DNA of 64,000 bases, from the NCBI GenBank assembly GCA_951406725.2, contig OX597819.1, positions 116,994,001 through 117,058,000 on the forward strand, in the 5' to 3' direction. The notes under the pieces are model-generated. The model worked only from the letters and a program-made list of their open reading frames with translations. It had not been told where the DNA came from and searched no databases. The position numbers were made by a program, and so were the translations under genes. Each line of letters begins with the position of its first letter. Position 1 is the stretch's first letter. Shown one piece after another: positions 13,404-25,529 of the stretch. This DNA comes from Octopus vulgaris (lineage: Eukaryota).

Positions 13404-13476
<73 letters not shown>

Positions 13477-14303
13477 CATTATTTTCCTCTTTTACTCGTT
13501 TCAGCAATGCGGCTGTGGCCATACTGGACCACCGCGTATATATATATATATGTATATGTGTGTTTGTATGCGTGCGTGGGTGCGTGAGTATGCTTGTGGA
13601 TGTGTCTGTGTGTAGAAATATGTATGTATGTATGTATCTATCTATCTGTATTTCTATCAATCTATCTGTTTATCGATCTCTATATGTATTTGTCTAATAA
13701 ATAATTTCTAGAAAGAAAAGATTTATAGATTCTTAATGAAGTTATATATTACTCTATAGAATTAAGCTTGCAGGTATTCAATGCACGTTTGCGTTTCACT
13801 GGGAAATAATAGATACAGTTTGTGCTGTAATATTAGTACTTAAGCATCCGTAAATATAAAGTCTGTAATACTAATTTCGTTATATTTCAGTCATACTTAT
13901 CTGGAAGTTCAATGAGCTCCCGCTGGTACTTGCAACTCAGAGATTGTTAATTTGATACACACATTTCGAGTAGAATTATTTCGGTGAACCAGCTTTCTTC
14001 CTATGAGGATGAAAATGGTGATTTACATATTTTCTAAGAACAATGATCATTAAATTACGAAGCCATAAACATCTTAATTGGTATAAGTTATAATTTGCTT
14101 ATAGCAAATTTTATAACAACTCTTCTTCCTGAGTAATACGTGAAACTAGAATTTTAGATTAATAAATACAAACTTGCGTGTCAGATTTTGAATATTTCGC
14201 GGTATGTAACAATAGTAGTGTTACCCGGCATGCAATGATTGAATTGGGAGGCATATATTTCACATTATGATTATCAAAATCAATTATAGCATACATACAA
14301 TGG

Positions 14304-14533
14304 TTACTCTTTACACTCTTTACTCTTTTACTTGTTTCAGTCATTTGACTGCGGCCATGCTGGAGCACCGCCTTTAGTCGAGCAAATCGACCCCGGGACT
14401 TATTCTTTGTAAGCCCAGTACTTGTTCTATCGGTCTCTTTTGCCGAACCGCTAGGTGACGGGGACATAAACACACCAGCATCGGTTGTCAAGCAATGCTA
14501 GGGGGACAAACACACACACACAAACACACACAC

Positions 14534-14602
<69 letters not shown>

Positions 14603-14767
14603 TACGAGAGACTTCTTTCAGTTTCCGTCTACCAAATCCACTCACAAGGCATTGGTCGGCCTGGGGCTATAGCAGAAGACACTTGCCCAAGATGCCACGC
14701 AGTGGGACTGAACCCGGAACCATGTGGTTGGTTAGCAAGCTACTTACCACACAGCCACTCCTGCGCC
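14304..14767 (-). mobile_element. SINE family A, full length
   Basis: Near-identical to 10101-10565 outside the internal microsatellite. Confidence 0.92.
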
Positions 14768-15931
14768 TTATAATTTAATTTTTATCAAATTGTTTGGTAC
14801 TTACAGAAAGGTAATGCCATATATTCTAGAATAAGCGTGTATGTTAGTATGCGTTATTCGTGTTTATTTTCTTGCTTTTTGTTGCACGTATCTTACAGTT
14901 CTGTTTCCCAAAGTCATATTAAAATCTTAATGTTATTTTTTGAATCCATGTAAAAATTTCTGCGAAACATGAATGCCGATATAATCAAATAATTTCTCTT
15001 TTTTATAAACTGAGATGTTATCCAATGGGATTAGATCATTTTAAGATTAATAATATTATATTTCGTTTTTGTATGTTTCTCTGAGGCGTGTATGTACACA
15101 CACACACGATGCACATTATATATATATACATACATACATACATATACACTTATAGGGTTAGATACATACATTCTTAGATTTGTAGATAGATCGTTAGATA
15201 CACAGAACAACTGAATAAATCTTCTATAATTGAATATATATTGTGTACAAACTATATAAGATTGCTTTAGTTATTTGTTTACAAAATTGAAAGTAGATTG
15301 CAAAGAGGATTTAAATGTGTTTACAGTATTAAATATGTTTTATAATGATTCTAAAGCAACGTTAACTTGGCAATTAATATTATATTTGAGACAGATATAT
15401 TAGAAACAATTGCAATGCCATTATAAATAGCGCAGAAATATTCGGCAATGTTTTTTTTTGTTTTAGATTTCAATATATTTTTCACATGTAATTAATTTGC
15501 GTCTAATAATAAATATTAATATTGAATAAACAAAATATTGCCATGCATCATTCTTGTGTACACGAGGGATTTCGCTAAATATGTTAAATTTGTTAAAAAA
15601 GATTTTTTAAGAGGAAAATAAATACTGTTAATCATAATTAGTAAAAGTAAACAGACAAAAAATATTAAAATATTGCAACTAAATGTTAAATCTTAATTCT
15701 AATATCAAACATATTGTTAAACATACTCTTCTATACGTTTCAGCCAGGCGGCTGCGGTCATGCTGGAGCACCTCTGCGAATATATTTCCTATATAACTAT
15801 GCATAGAACGAGTTATTTGCATCGACTTCCATTAACGACTCAAATAGCAGGTTGTAATTGTCACGGCGCTTTAAGATTTGAGTTCAGCTTCCTATTATGT
15901 AGACTTATGCGATTCTTCTTTCTAAGCCCAA

Positions 15932-16200
15932 TCTCTCTATATATAAAACTGAGAATGTGTGTCTATCTGTGTGAATCCCTGAAACTTGAGAACTACACAA
16001 CCAAATTCATTCAGATTTTACACATGCCTTACTTAGGGTCCACGGTGTGGAATGAGCTCGCTCTGGATGCAATTGGGCCCGCTGTCCACGGCTACGGGAC
16101 CACAGTGAGCGCTATGGCTCGGCTCGGCTCGGCTAAATACCTAACTAAACAGCGACAACTCCATTAGGTCATACAAAATTTATAATCCCTACCGTCTTCC
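15932..16200 (+). mobile_element. Possible Helitron 5' fragment
   Basis: a|tctctctatatataaaactgagaatgtgtgtc resembles the 5' end of the Helitron at 46319. No 3' hairpin/CTAG was found, so the right boundary is uncertain. Confidence 0.4.
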
Positions 16201-16738
16201 GTAGTGTAATATAAAAGTAAAAGCTATTAATCACATTATTTCAATCGATCAAACAGGATTAAACACTAACGTTAATAAAATTACAACAAAGAGACAAGTA
16301 AACCAATGTCCATTGTATCGGTATTAATTTTAAATTACAATAACTAACTTATATGATAAATTGCGATCAATCTTCCAATCCATATAAATAATAAGCCCAC
16401 CGGTCTTTCATATATAATACTATAATGAAAGTTCCAGCCTTATAAGCTTTTTCAAAAACAAAACACGATTGAAATTAACTTAACATATATTTTTATGTGT
16501 GAAAAACATTATTTCATCTTTCATAAGTTTATAATAAAACAATACTTACTCATTAATATATCACCACTACTAGTTATAATATTAAATTACCAGTGACTAA
16601 CATAAACTTAAATTTTATTAAATAGGAAGTAATAAAAATACATATAAATCATTATTAAAAACCATATGTTTAAAGTTAATTAAACTGTTTAAAAGATCAT
16701 AAAATTTATATACATATATATATATATATATCTTTAAA

Positions 16739-16932
16739 TGTTATAATTTAGAACAAACAGTAAGGGGTTGTCTTTAGAATATTCGGAGTTACGTATGTAT
16801 CGTAGCTCTTTGTTCCGTATTTCGAAACTCCGAGTACTATAATGACCAACTTCTATTGTTTGTTCTAAATTATAAAACATGCAAATAATCCTCTATTTAT
16901 CTAATATCGAGGTCTCATTCATTTGTTGTTAC

Positions 16933-16940
<8 letters not shown>
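16739..16940 (+). mobile_element. Short fold-back element related to the 57.2 kb family, retaining only the 3' half of a hammerhead
   Basis: tgttataatttagaacaaacag...ttcggagtt is inverted to aactccgag...ttgtttgttctaaattataaaaca. It contains cGAAActccgagTA. The tail cctctatttatctaatatcgaggtctc matches the reverse complement of about 57205-57235. Confidence 0.6.
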
Positions 16941-16981
<41 letters not shown>

Positions 16982-17002
16982 TATATATCGGAGTTAGATA
17001 AG

Positions 17003-17160
17003 TATTTCCTTACTGCCCGCAAGGGGCTACACAGAGAGGGGACAAACAAGGACAGACAAACGGATTAAGTCGATTATAACGACCCCAGTGCGCAACTGGT
17101 ACTTAATTTATCGACCCCCAAAGGATGAAAGGTAAAGTCGACCTCGGCGGAATTTGAACA
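17003..17160 (-). mobile_element. SINE family B, 5'-truncated
   Basis: Reverse complement of about 2375-2528. Confidence 0.85.
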
Positions 17161-17428
17161 AGGCCGGTTTATCGGATTACCTTAGGTTTCACGTCCATAA
17201 TAAGCTTGGATTTTTGGCGTATAATCAGAACCCAAAACCTTATGGCTAAAGTCCTCTCTTTAGCTAACAGGTTACGGGATCGGATGATATGCCATAAAGC
17301 AAACCTAAGAAAATCACATAAGAGGGCATAATCTCACTTTAATATATATTGCTCTACAGCTTAAGGTGCGCTTCTTTTGATCGGATTCATTTGTACGGTC
17401 GATATACAGACACACATACATATATAAA

Positions 17429-17479
<51 letters not shown>

Positions 17480-17482
<3 letters not shown>

Positions 17483-18006
17483 GAAATAAATCCAAACTTA
17501 CATGGAAAAATTAGATTTAGGATTTTATAGTATAAATATATTATATTATATTATATTAAATTAGAGATAAAACCACTATTAGGCAAATCAAACAGTGAAA
17601 AACCTAAGCCAATACATAAAATTAATTTAAAAATATAAAAGTTAAAATTTAAAAAATTATATAAATATTTTAAACTTATAAATTTTAAATATATATATAT
17701 ATACAAATATATATATATGGGTGTGTGTATGTATGTATGTATGTTTTTATATTTATATATTTATTATTTTATTTATTAATTTATTTATTATTTTTTTTAT
17801 AATTTATTTTATTATATAAATATCAAAAGTATTAAAAGTTTAATAAAAGATAAAAAGTTAAAAAGTAAAAAATAAAAAGTTACTTTTAATCTTTTATTAA
17901 ACTTTTAATACTTTTGATATTTATATAATAAAATAAATAAACAAAAAAAAATTAATAAATAAATTAATAAATAAAATAATATATAAAAATAAAAATATAC
18001 ATACAT

Positions 18007-18062
<56 letters not shown>

Positions 18063-18208
18063 ATATATATATTTAAAATTTATAAGTTTAAATTATTTAA
18101 ATAATCTTTTAAATTTTGACTTTTATATTTTTAAATTAATTTTATGTATTGGCTTATGTTTTTCACTGTTTGATTTGCCTAATAGTGGTTTTATCTCTAA
18201 TTTAATAT
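17480..18208. repeat. AT-rich large inverted repeat in (TA)n
   Basis: 17553-17858 is inverted to 17881-18208 (for example attagagataaaaccactattaggcaaatcaaacagtgaaaa / ttttcactgtttgatttgcctaatagtggttttatctctaat). About 70 bp of unpaired extension lies on the left. Confidence 0.85.
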
Positions 18209-18220
18209 TAAATATATATA

Positions 18221-18475
18221 TATCCTTCGAAACGTAGAGTAGATGAAACCATAGCGACTGAAGAAGGGTTTTTTCTTTGTGTTAATTGTCCTGTACTCCA
18301 TTTTTTTGTTGTTTTTAAAAAATGTCCAGTTCCTTTGGTTTGTGTCTATGTTTTCGTTTCTCTTTGTGTTCGACATCCCTTTGGTGTCCTGTACTCATAT
18401 ATGCGTGTATATGTACATGTAGAGGTAGGTACGTACATATATGTTTATACATATGCATATGTTTTATTTCATTTA

Positions 18476-18480
<5 letters not shown>
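18221..18480 (+). mobile_element. Partial copy of the 22.9-24.4 kb repeat family (H6)
   Basis: Diverged reverse complement of about 22915-23156. Confidence 0.85.
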
Positions 18481-18532
<52 letters not shown>

Positions 18533-19312
18533 TTGTGTGTGTGTATATATAAATATGTGTGTGTGTGTCTAAGAAATAATGACGATTTAGTTGAATTCGG
18601 TACTTAAGTTGACGCACCAAATCTGTCCAGTCGTCTCCGCACAGCTCGAAATTAAGTGAAAAAAATGCAAATAAGTAACAAGGTATCAGTGCAATACGTT
18701 CGTTTCAAAGAGTTCCATTAAACTGATCAATGCAAACATTACATCAGTTTGAAATAAACTGCTCTCCTCGAATGCGTACGACCATATATATTTCCAACAT
18801 ACAGCGTACTCCATTATAATTTTTTTTGGCAAATACGACCGTATTTCATCGGTACTTCGTTTTAGATTTGGTTTCCAAAATTCTTTATGTGATTTCGTGT
18901 GTTGAAGCATATTCTGTTGAATCTGGGGAGAGTCATTTTCTTTTTGAGCCTTATAATTTAACACACCCACCGGTATTTCTTATTTTTATTTTCCTAAAAT
19001 TTTCGTTGCATCTTGCAACTTTTTCAAAAGTCTTAACTGTATCCTTTATTTACACTGCGTTCCTTTTTGTTTGTTTGTGCGCATGTGTGTGGGTCAGTTT
19101 GTGTGTTTGCCTATGCATGCATGCATGTACGTTTGTATGTATGTGTGTATGTATGTATGTAGTATGCATGTGTGTGTATGTATACATGTGTGTATGCATA
19201 AGTATATATGTATATGTGTGTGTGTGCATCTGTATGCATGTATTCTGCATATTCACGTGCTTGCATGTCCGTGTCTGTATGTTTTATGTATGTGTGTGAG
19301 TGAGCGTGTGTT

Positions 19313-19355
<43 letters not shown>

Positions 19356-20290
19356 CTCTGTCCTCTTGTGTGTGCATGCCTGTGTGTGTTTGTGTGTGTG
19401 TATTGCAAATAGATACTGATATACATTACTTATTTTTCTTATTATTGTAGTACAATCAATGTAGGGAAAAATACCTAAAACCTACTATGAATTACGGTGG
19501 CAGAAGGAAATAATGGGGTCAATAAAGTGGAATGGTGATATAGCTACATTCATCTTTATCTTTATCACATTCAAATGAGCACATGCTGCGACTAGTTTAC
19601 ATCTTAGAATTCAAACATTGGGAATTGACAGTTAAGTTCTTGTTTGTGATAAATGAATTACTGTTAAATACTCTTCCCTACCCCTATTTCACTGTGACCA
19701 TAAAATCCGCTATACCTACATAGAAGTATATATCTCGGAAGATGCTAGCAAGACAATAATATATAGAGTCAATGTGATAACCAGAACGCGAAAGAGTAGA
19801 GGTGACTTACTGTATTATTATTATCATGTAAAATGGGCCTAAAAAGGAAAACAAAGGAGGTCACATTGAGATTAAGAATGGGAATTAAAAATGTGGGGGA
19901 AAATTGCGCATCTAAACTCAGCAAATTTTATCTATTAAAATATTAGAATTTAGAAGAGAATTTAAGGACGAGTAAAAGAAGAAAGATAGATAAAGCAATC
20001 TAAGCCATAAGAGTGAGGACATTTCATATGAAAAGAAACAATAGAGCTTAATCCTAGCATAATGTTAAGGTGATCATGATAAAACTATTCAACAATGACC
20101 CTATAATAAGATTTAGATATCATCCGAGTAGGAGTATTCATTTTCTATTGAATCAAAACCTAGGATTAAGAGCTAAAAAGTAAGTTGTATATTTTATAAC
20201 AGTTACACTTATTTAAAAACCTTCCAAAAGGATATAAGGTAAAAAAAACGGCTAGATTGCGTGCAAATGTATGTGTGATTGTGTGTGTAA

Positions 20291-20357
<67 letters not shown>

Positions 20358-20358
<1 letters not shown>

Positions 20359-20662
20359 TTATTTATATATATTCAGCTAAGAAAAGAAATGGAGCAACAA
20401 TTAACAATTGGAAGTTGATCATTGGTATTAATTTAGCTTAATTATAGTTCAAGATTTAACGATTTTTTTCCCTTTTTAACTTCTTTTTCATTTTCATATT
20501 TCTCCGATAATATATTTCTAACGTTTGTTAAATGGAACGAGATAAATACAAATTTACTTCGAAATAAGAAGCTGAAACAGCTGTAAATGTTCTTTGAACT
20601 ACAGTTAGACTATGAACTTTTAATACCAATGATGAACTTCTAATTATTCTTAGCTGAATATA
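20358..20662 (+). mobile_element. Degenerate fold-back element with hammerhead remnant
   Basis: Terminal inverted repeat tatattcagctaagaa / ttcttagctgaatata and inner inverted repeat aattggaagttgatcattggtattaa / ttaataccaatgatgaacttctaatt. ccgataa at 20504-20510 and GAAAcagctgTA at 20574-20585. Abuts (TA)n. Confidence 0.55.
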
Positions 20663-21049
20663 TTAAACCATGTTTTACCATTTAAATTACCAACTACTTT
20701 TATGCTTATAGCAAGGCCTAAACATTGTGAGGTAATACACTAGTAGTGCCTACGAATACATTTATCCCTTAAAATAACCTCATTACTCATTTTCAACGTA
20801 GTAATTATTCTATCGGTATGTTTTGCCGAATTGCTAGCATGCAGGGACGTAAAAACACAAACACTGGTTATGTGCAGATGTGTTTAAAAATATATATCTA
20901 CATACATAAACGTTTATATTCTCTCGATTCGAAAACAACTGAAGTGAGATCATACGAACCCACAATGACCACAAGTAGGCCGTTGTCATATTTTGTCGAA
21001 AAGCTGACTTCAAATAGAGATAAATAAACTATTTTATACCTTACGTTAT

Positions 21050-21270
21050 TGATACTGGCTTTAAATTTTGGCATAACGCCAGCAAGTTCTGAAGAGGGGA
21101 TAAGTCGATTAAATCGACGCCAGTGTTCTACTGATACATATTTTATGGAACACGAAATGATGAAAAGCAAAGTTAACACCGGCAGAATTAAAACCCAGAA
21201 CGTCAAGACGGACGAAATGCCGCTAAGAGACTTCCCGGCGGGCTAACGATTCTGCCACCTCGCTTGCCTT
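21050..21270 (-). mobile_element. Diverged SINE related to family B
   Basis: Minus-strand head aaggcaagcgaggtggcagaatcgttagcccgccggg...atttcgtccgtc and a gtcgatttaatcgactta segment, as in 2297-2531. Confidence 0.7.
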
Positions 21271-21479
21271 TATGATGTTATTAATATTGAGACAGGAAAT
21301 TTTATGAAAACTCTTGTGAATCTCTCGGTTATCAGTCTCTAAGATAAAGAATTAAATGTTCAACAATATCGTATTGGATATATTTGCATTAACATTTACA
21401 ACATGAATAAAAATATTAGTTTTATACACATATATATACACACATGAAAGTCAACCACCGTCGGCCATACATTACTCAA

Positions 21480-21830
21480 ATATTTGGAATGATATTAATG
21501 CGTTCAAAGAACTTTATTCAAAAGTCATGATTACTAGCAATATTAATGTATTGTTTTTAGATGCATTAAATAAATGCAGAGCGATATATTACCAACGTGT
21601 ATCATGGAAAGTCATTATGGTTTCAGATCAGGTCGTTCTACTGTGAACAGGATTTTTTGCTCGTCATCTTCAGGAAAATGCATCAAACATCACACGGCAT
21701 TTAACCAGGGCCTTTGTCGTTTTAATAAAAAAAATTCGATACTTTTCATATGACTCTAATCAGTTCCATTTTCCATAAAATTGGATGCCCCTCTAAATTC
21801 TTCATCTGGTTCAAACAACTCCTTCGTGGC
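21480..21830 (+). mobile_element. RTE-clade LINE RT fragment
   Basis: Translates, with frameshifts, as ESHYGFRSGRSTVNRIF..RHLQEKC, AFVVLIKKFDT and KIGCP. These match the RTE RT motifs GFR..RST.D.IF..RQLQEKC and KAFD. Confidence 0.65.
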
Positions 21831-21914
21831 ATGAAAGTTCATTTTATCTCAGCGGCTCCCTTTCCATTAATTAGTTAATGTGTACACACGCATATATGTG
21901 CGCACACACGTATA

Positions 21915-21990
<76 letters not shown>

Positions 21991-22359
21991 CATACATGTG
22001 TATACATACATATATATATATATCCAATATAGGAGAAAATTTCTCGAAAAAAATTACATCAACGGCCAGCATATTAAAAAACACCCTTAAAGGTTAAATT
22101 CACAAACAATTTATATGTAAGGGCAAAAGAAAAAACCTCCAATGCCAAAATATGCCGAAAATAGACACAACGTCAATATATACACACACACATGCACACA
22201 CACACATACACACTCGCATATATATATATATAGATATATATTGTTATATTTCGGAATGGTCATTTTGCCAGTTTAGCCAATAAAAACACACGCACTATAT
22301 ATTTGGTGTTATTTTGCTTCAGTGTTATTTATTTTTTACGTTATTGTTAATCTTAGTTC

Positions 22360-22403
22360 GGCCAGAGTTCTTTCGTCACACTCCTGTGACTGCATCAGTG
22401 GTC
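22360..22403 (-). ncRNA. Hammerhead-like motif, variant core (H2)
   Basis: Minus strand: gacca-CTGATGCA-gtcac aggagt gtgac-GAAA-gaac-TC-tggcc. Confidence 0.5.
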
Positions 22404-22676
22404 CTTTGTTTTCTTCTTTCTTATTTGTGTCTCTCCTTACTAACCGTCAGCCATTTTGTATTTCTATTGTATGCTTTCATTTGCGCATGCTTATATCTCT
22501 ATGTGCGTCTATGTTTGTTTAGTGTGTGTATGTGGGGGGATGCCTGTAATATTTGTATCTTCTGTTTGTAGATGCACATAGAGACATAAGCATGCGCAAA
22601 TGAAAACATACAATAGAAATACAAAATGGCTGACGGTTAGTAAGGAGAGACACAAATAAGAAAGAAGAAAACAAAG

Positions 22677-22720
22677 GACCACTGATGCGGTCACAGGAGT
22701 GTGACGAAAGAACTCTGGCC
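22677..22720 (+). ncRNA. Hammerhead-like motif, variant core (H2)
   Basis: gacca-CTGATGCG-gtcac aggagt gtgac-GAAA-gaac-TC-tggcc. Stem I is cca/tgg and stem II is gtcac/gtgac. Confidence 0.5.
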
Positions 22721-22910
22721 GCAACAAGATTAAGATTAATTTAAAAAATAAATAACACTGAAGCAAAATAACACCAGATATATAGTGCATGTGTTTTTAT
22801 TGGCTAAACTGGCAATATGACCATTCCAAAATATAACAATATCTGTTTCAACACACGACTTCACATAAAAATTCTTGCACAACAATACATATATATATAT
22901 ATATATATAT

Positions 22911-24428
22911 ATGTTAATAAAATAGAACATATGCATATATATAAACATATATGTACGTACCTACCTCTACATGTACATATACACGCATATATGTGTACAG
23001 GACACCAAAAAGACGTCGAACACATAGAGAGACGAAAAACATAGATACAAACCAAGGAACAAGACAAGCAAAAAAAGAGATACAGGACAATAAGCACAAC
23101 GAAAAATCCCCTTCTTCAGTCGCTAAGGTTTCACCTACTAAACGTTTCGAAGGATAAAAGCGAGACGTATACTTCGAAGAAAACTTCCTTCCTGCGAAAA
23201 GCAAATCAATTAAAATTCTGAGATCTTTTCGCAGAGGGGTAAAAAAAGCAAGACGGTAACGACAGTACAAACATATAAACAGTAAAAAATATATATATAA
23301 ACAGTGGAAAAATAAATATATAACAGTGAGAGACAGGACAAGGAGAACAAGATAAGAAGGGCTGTTAACGCCAGACGAAAAAGTATTGCAAACGCTGGAT
23401 TATAGTGGACGACGAGAGAGAAAGAATGTCGACCAGTAGCCTTTGAAGGCGGGCGAGAAAAGACAGGATAGCAGTTACGACGGAAGTATCGTCGCAGATG
23501 GACGACGGGAATGGGGGAGGAGGAGCAAGAGGAAGAGAGAGAAGAAGGGGAATGGTGCGAGGAGACCATGAAGAACGGTGAGGGGGAGAGAGAGAGGAAG
23601 AGACAAGTTAAGTGAGGGAAAAAAGACGAAAAAGGGAATGGGAGAGAAAGAAAGAAAGATGCAGAGTCGCGTGAGAGTTAATATCAAGGCTAACTTGATA
23701 AACAGAACAATCTTACTTAATAGGGTGCGTGCGTTTAGTCGTATAATATGTTAATAAAATAGAACATATGCATATATATAAACATATATGTACGTACCTA
23801 CCTCTACATGTACATATACACGCATATATGTGTACAGGACACCAAAAAGACGTCGAACACATAGAGAGACGAAAAACATAGATACAAACCAAGGAACAAG
23901 ACAAGCAAAAAAAAGAGATACAGGACAATAAGCACAACGAAAAATCCCCTTCTTCAGTCGCTAAGGTTTCATCTACTAAACGTTTCGAAGGATAAAAGCG
24001 AGACGTATACTTCGAAGAAAACTTCCTTCCTGCGAAAAGCAAATCAATTAAAATTCTGAGATCTTTTCGCAGAGGGGTAAAAAACAAGACGGTAACGACA
24101 GTACAAACATATAAACAGTAAAAAATATATATATAAACAGTGGAAAAATAAATATATAACAGTGAGAGACAGGACAAGGAGAACAAGATAAGAAGGGCTG
24201 TTAACGCCAGACGAAAAAAGTATTGCAAACGCTGGATTATAGTGGACGACGAGAGAGAAAGAATGTCGACCAGTAGCCTTTGAAGGCGGGCGAGAAAAGA
24301 CAGGATAGCAGTTACGACGGAAGTATCGACGCAGATGGACGACGGGAAGGGGGAGGAGGAGCAAGAGGAAGAGAGAGAAGAAGGGGAATGGTGCGAGGAG
24401 ACCATGAAGAACGGTGAGGGGGAGAGAG
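22911..24428 (-). mobile_element. Tandem direct repeat of an element of about 680 bp (family H6, pseudo-LTR-like)
   Basis: 22911-23590 and 23748-24428 are nearly identical, with a spacer of about 157 bp and (TA)n on both outer sides. Strand is assigned from hammerhead-like core words on the minus strand. Confidence 0.8.
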
Positions 24429-24451
24429 AACGGTGAGGGGGAGATATATAC

Positions 24452-24488
<37 letters not shown>

Positions 24489-24490
24489 CA

Positions 24491-24582
<92 letters not shown>

Positions 24583-24597
24583 GGTGTGTGTGTGTGT

Positions 24598-25343
24598 GGT
24601 CTGATCAATAACAACCCGGACTGTTGCCATTGGTAACGCATGCATAGTAACAACACTTCGTACAGATTGACTTTGAAATCTGCTGTGCATGCACACTAAG
24701 ATTTGATCTTTTGGCTCACTTTGGCTCTTTACAGCAGTGCTTGGAATAAACGTGTGCAGCGTGTGATCGAGGTATTGAATACGACAGAGAAATGGGAGCA
24801 AAGAATCTGAATCAAATTTTGATTGGCTATACGTGCTGCTCAGAGACTTGATCAAAGTTCTCATAATGTTTTCATGCTTCTCGACACACTGAAGGAGATC
24901 TTGTGCAACTGAAAACCGTGTGTCTTTTTGGTCAGCCGATAGCAATTTTGGCACGAACCTCGCTGATATGCGTCTTATACCCAAATATTCAGTGATAATG
25001 GACTGACCTGAACCGTAACTGAACTGTACATCCTCTGATAAGTGGTGATTTGACGATTTCCTCTTACTGCTGCATGCTCGTGTAAATTCTGTTCTTCAGT
25101 TCTACTGGTTGTGGGTTTCCCAGATCTTTCTTCAATATCAAAAATTTTCGGCCATTTTGGAAACGTCTAAACCGCTCATAAACTTGTGGTGTGATGCTAA
25201 TACACTGTCCTCCATATATTTTTGCAGATTTGTGTAGGCCTCTGAATATGAAGTTCAAAGAAAATCTTTGCCAAGCGACTTTACTCTGTGTTTTTCAGCT
25301 TCATTACTATGACAAAATTCCGGATATTTATTGTCAGACCTAG
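24598..25343 (-). mobile_element. Internally deleted Tc1/mariner transposon
   Basis: Imperfect TIRs ggtctgatcaataacaacccgg (24598-24619) and ggtctgacaataaatatccgg (reverse complement of 25320-25340). Minus strand encodes YERFRRFQNGR (HTH region) and [20 protein letters not shown] (mariner WVPxxL linker). The catalytic domain is absent. Confidence 0.8.
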
Positions 25344-25529
25344 TATATATACATATACATACATGCATACATACATACATACATACATATGTGACCGCAT
25401 GTGTACTGTTGCCGACATTTTATTCCGTCTTCCCTTCCTTCTTTCTTTCCTTTCCTGAGCGTCCAATAACACTATATATGTTCCACGTCCTGTGTTTTCA
25501 TGCTTGGATTAACTATATATATATATATA

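Larger units (their letters stand above)
11908..13405. mobile_element. Fold-back non-autonomous Penelope-like element, family H1
   Basis: Left arm 11909-12482 is the near-identical reverse complement of right arm 12486-13229, with a 3-nt loop (cat). The right arm has about 170 extra bp (about 12520-12688) and a tail of about 175 bp. (TA)n lies on both sides. Each arm carries a hammerhead. Confidence 0.8.
22238..22890. mobile_element. Fold-back element, family H2
   Basis: 22238-22511 is inverted to 22569-22842, with a 57-bp spacer and a tail of about 45 bp. (TA)n flanks. Each arm has a hammerhead-like motif. Confidence 0.8.

Noticed and set aside
19450-20240. Possible decayed retroelement ORF
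   Set aside because: A-rich, coding-like texture, but no motif could be identified by eye.
23713-24984. 423-aa minus-strand ORF, the longest in the track
   Set aside because: Chimeric read-through of a mariner fragment, a (TA)n tract and the H6 repeat. It is not a gene.
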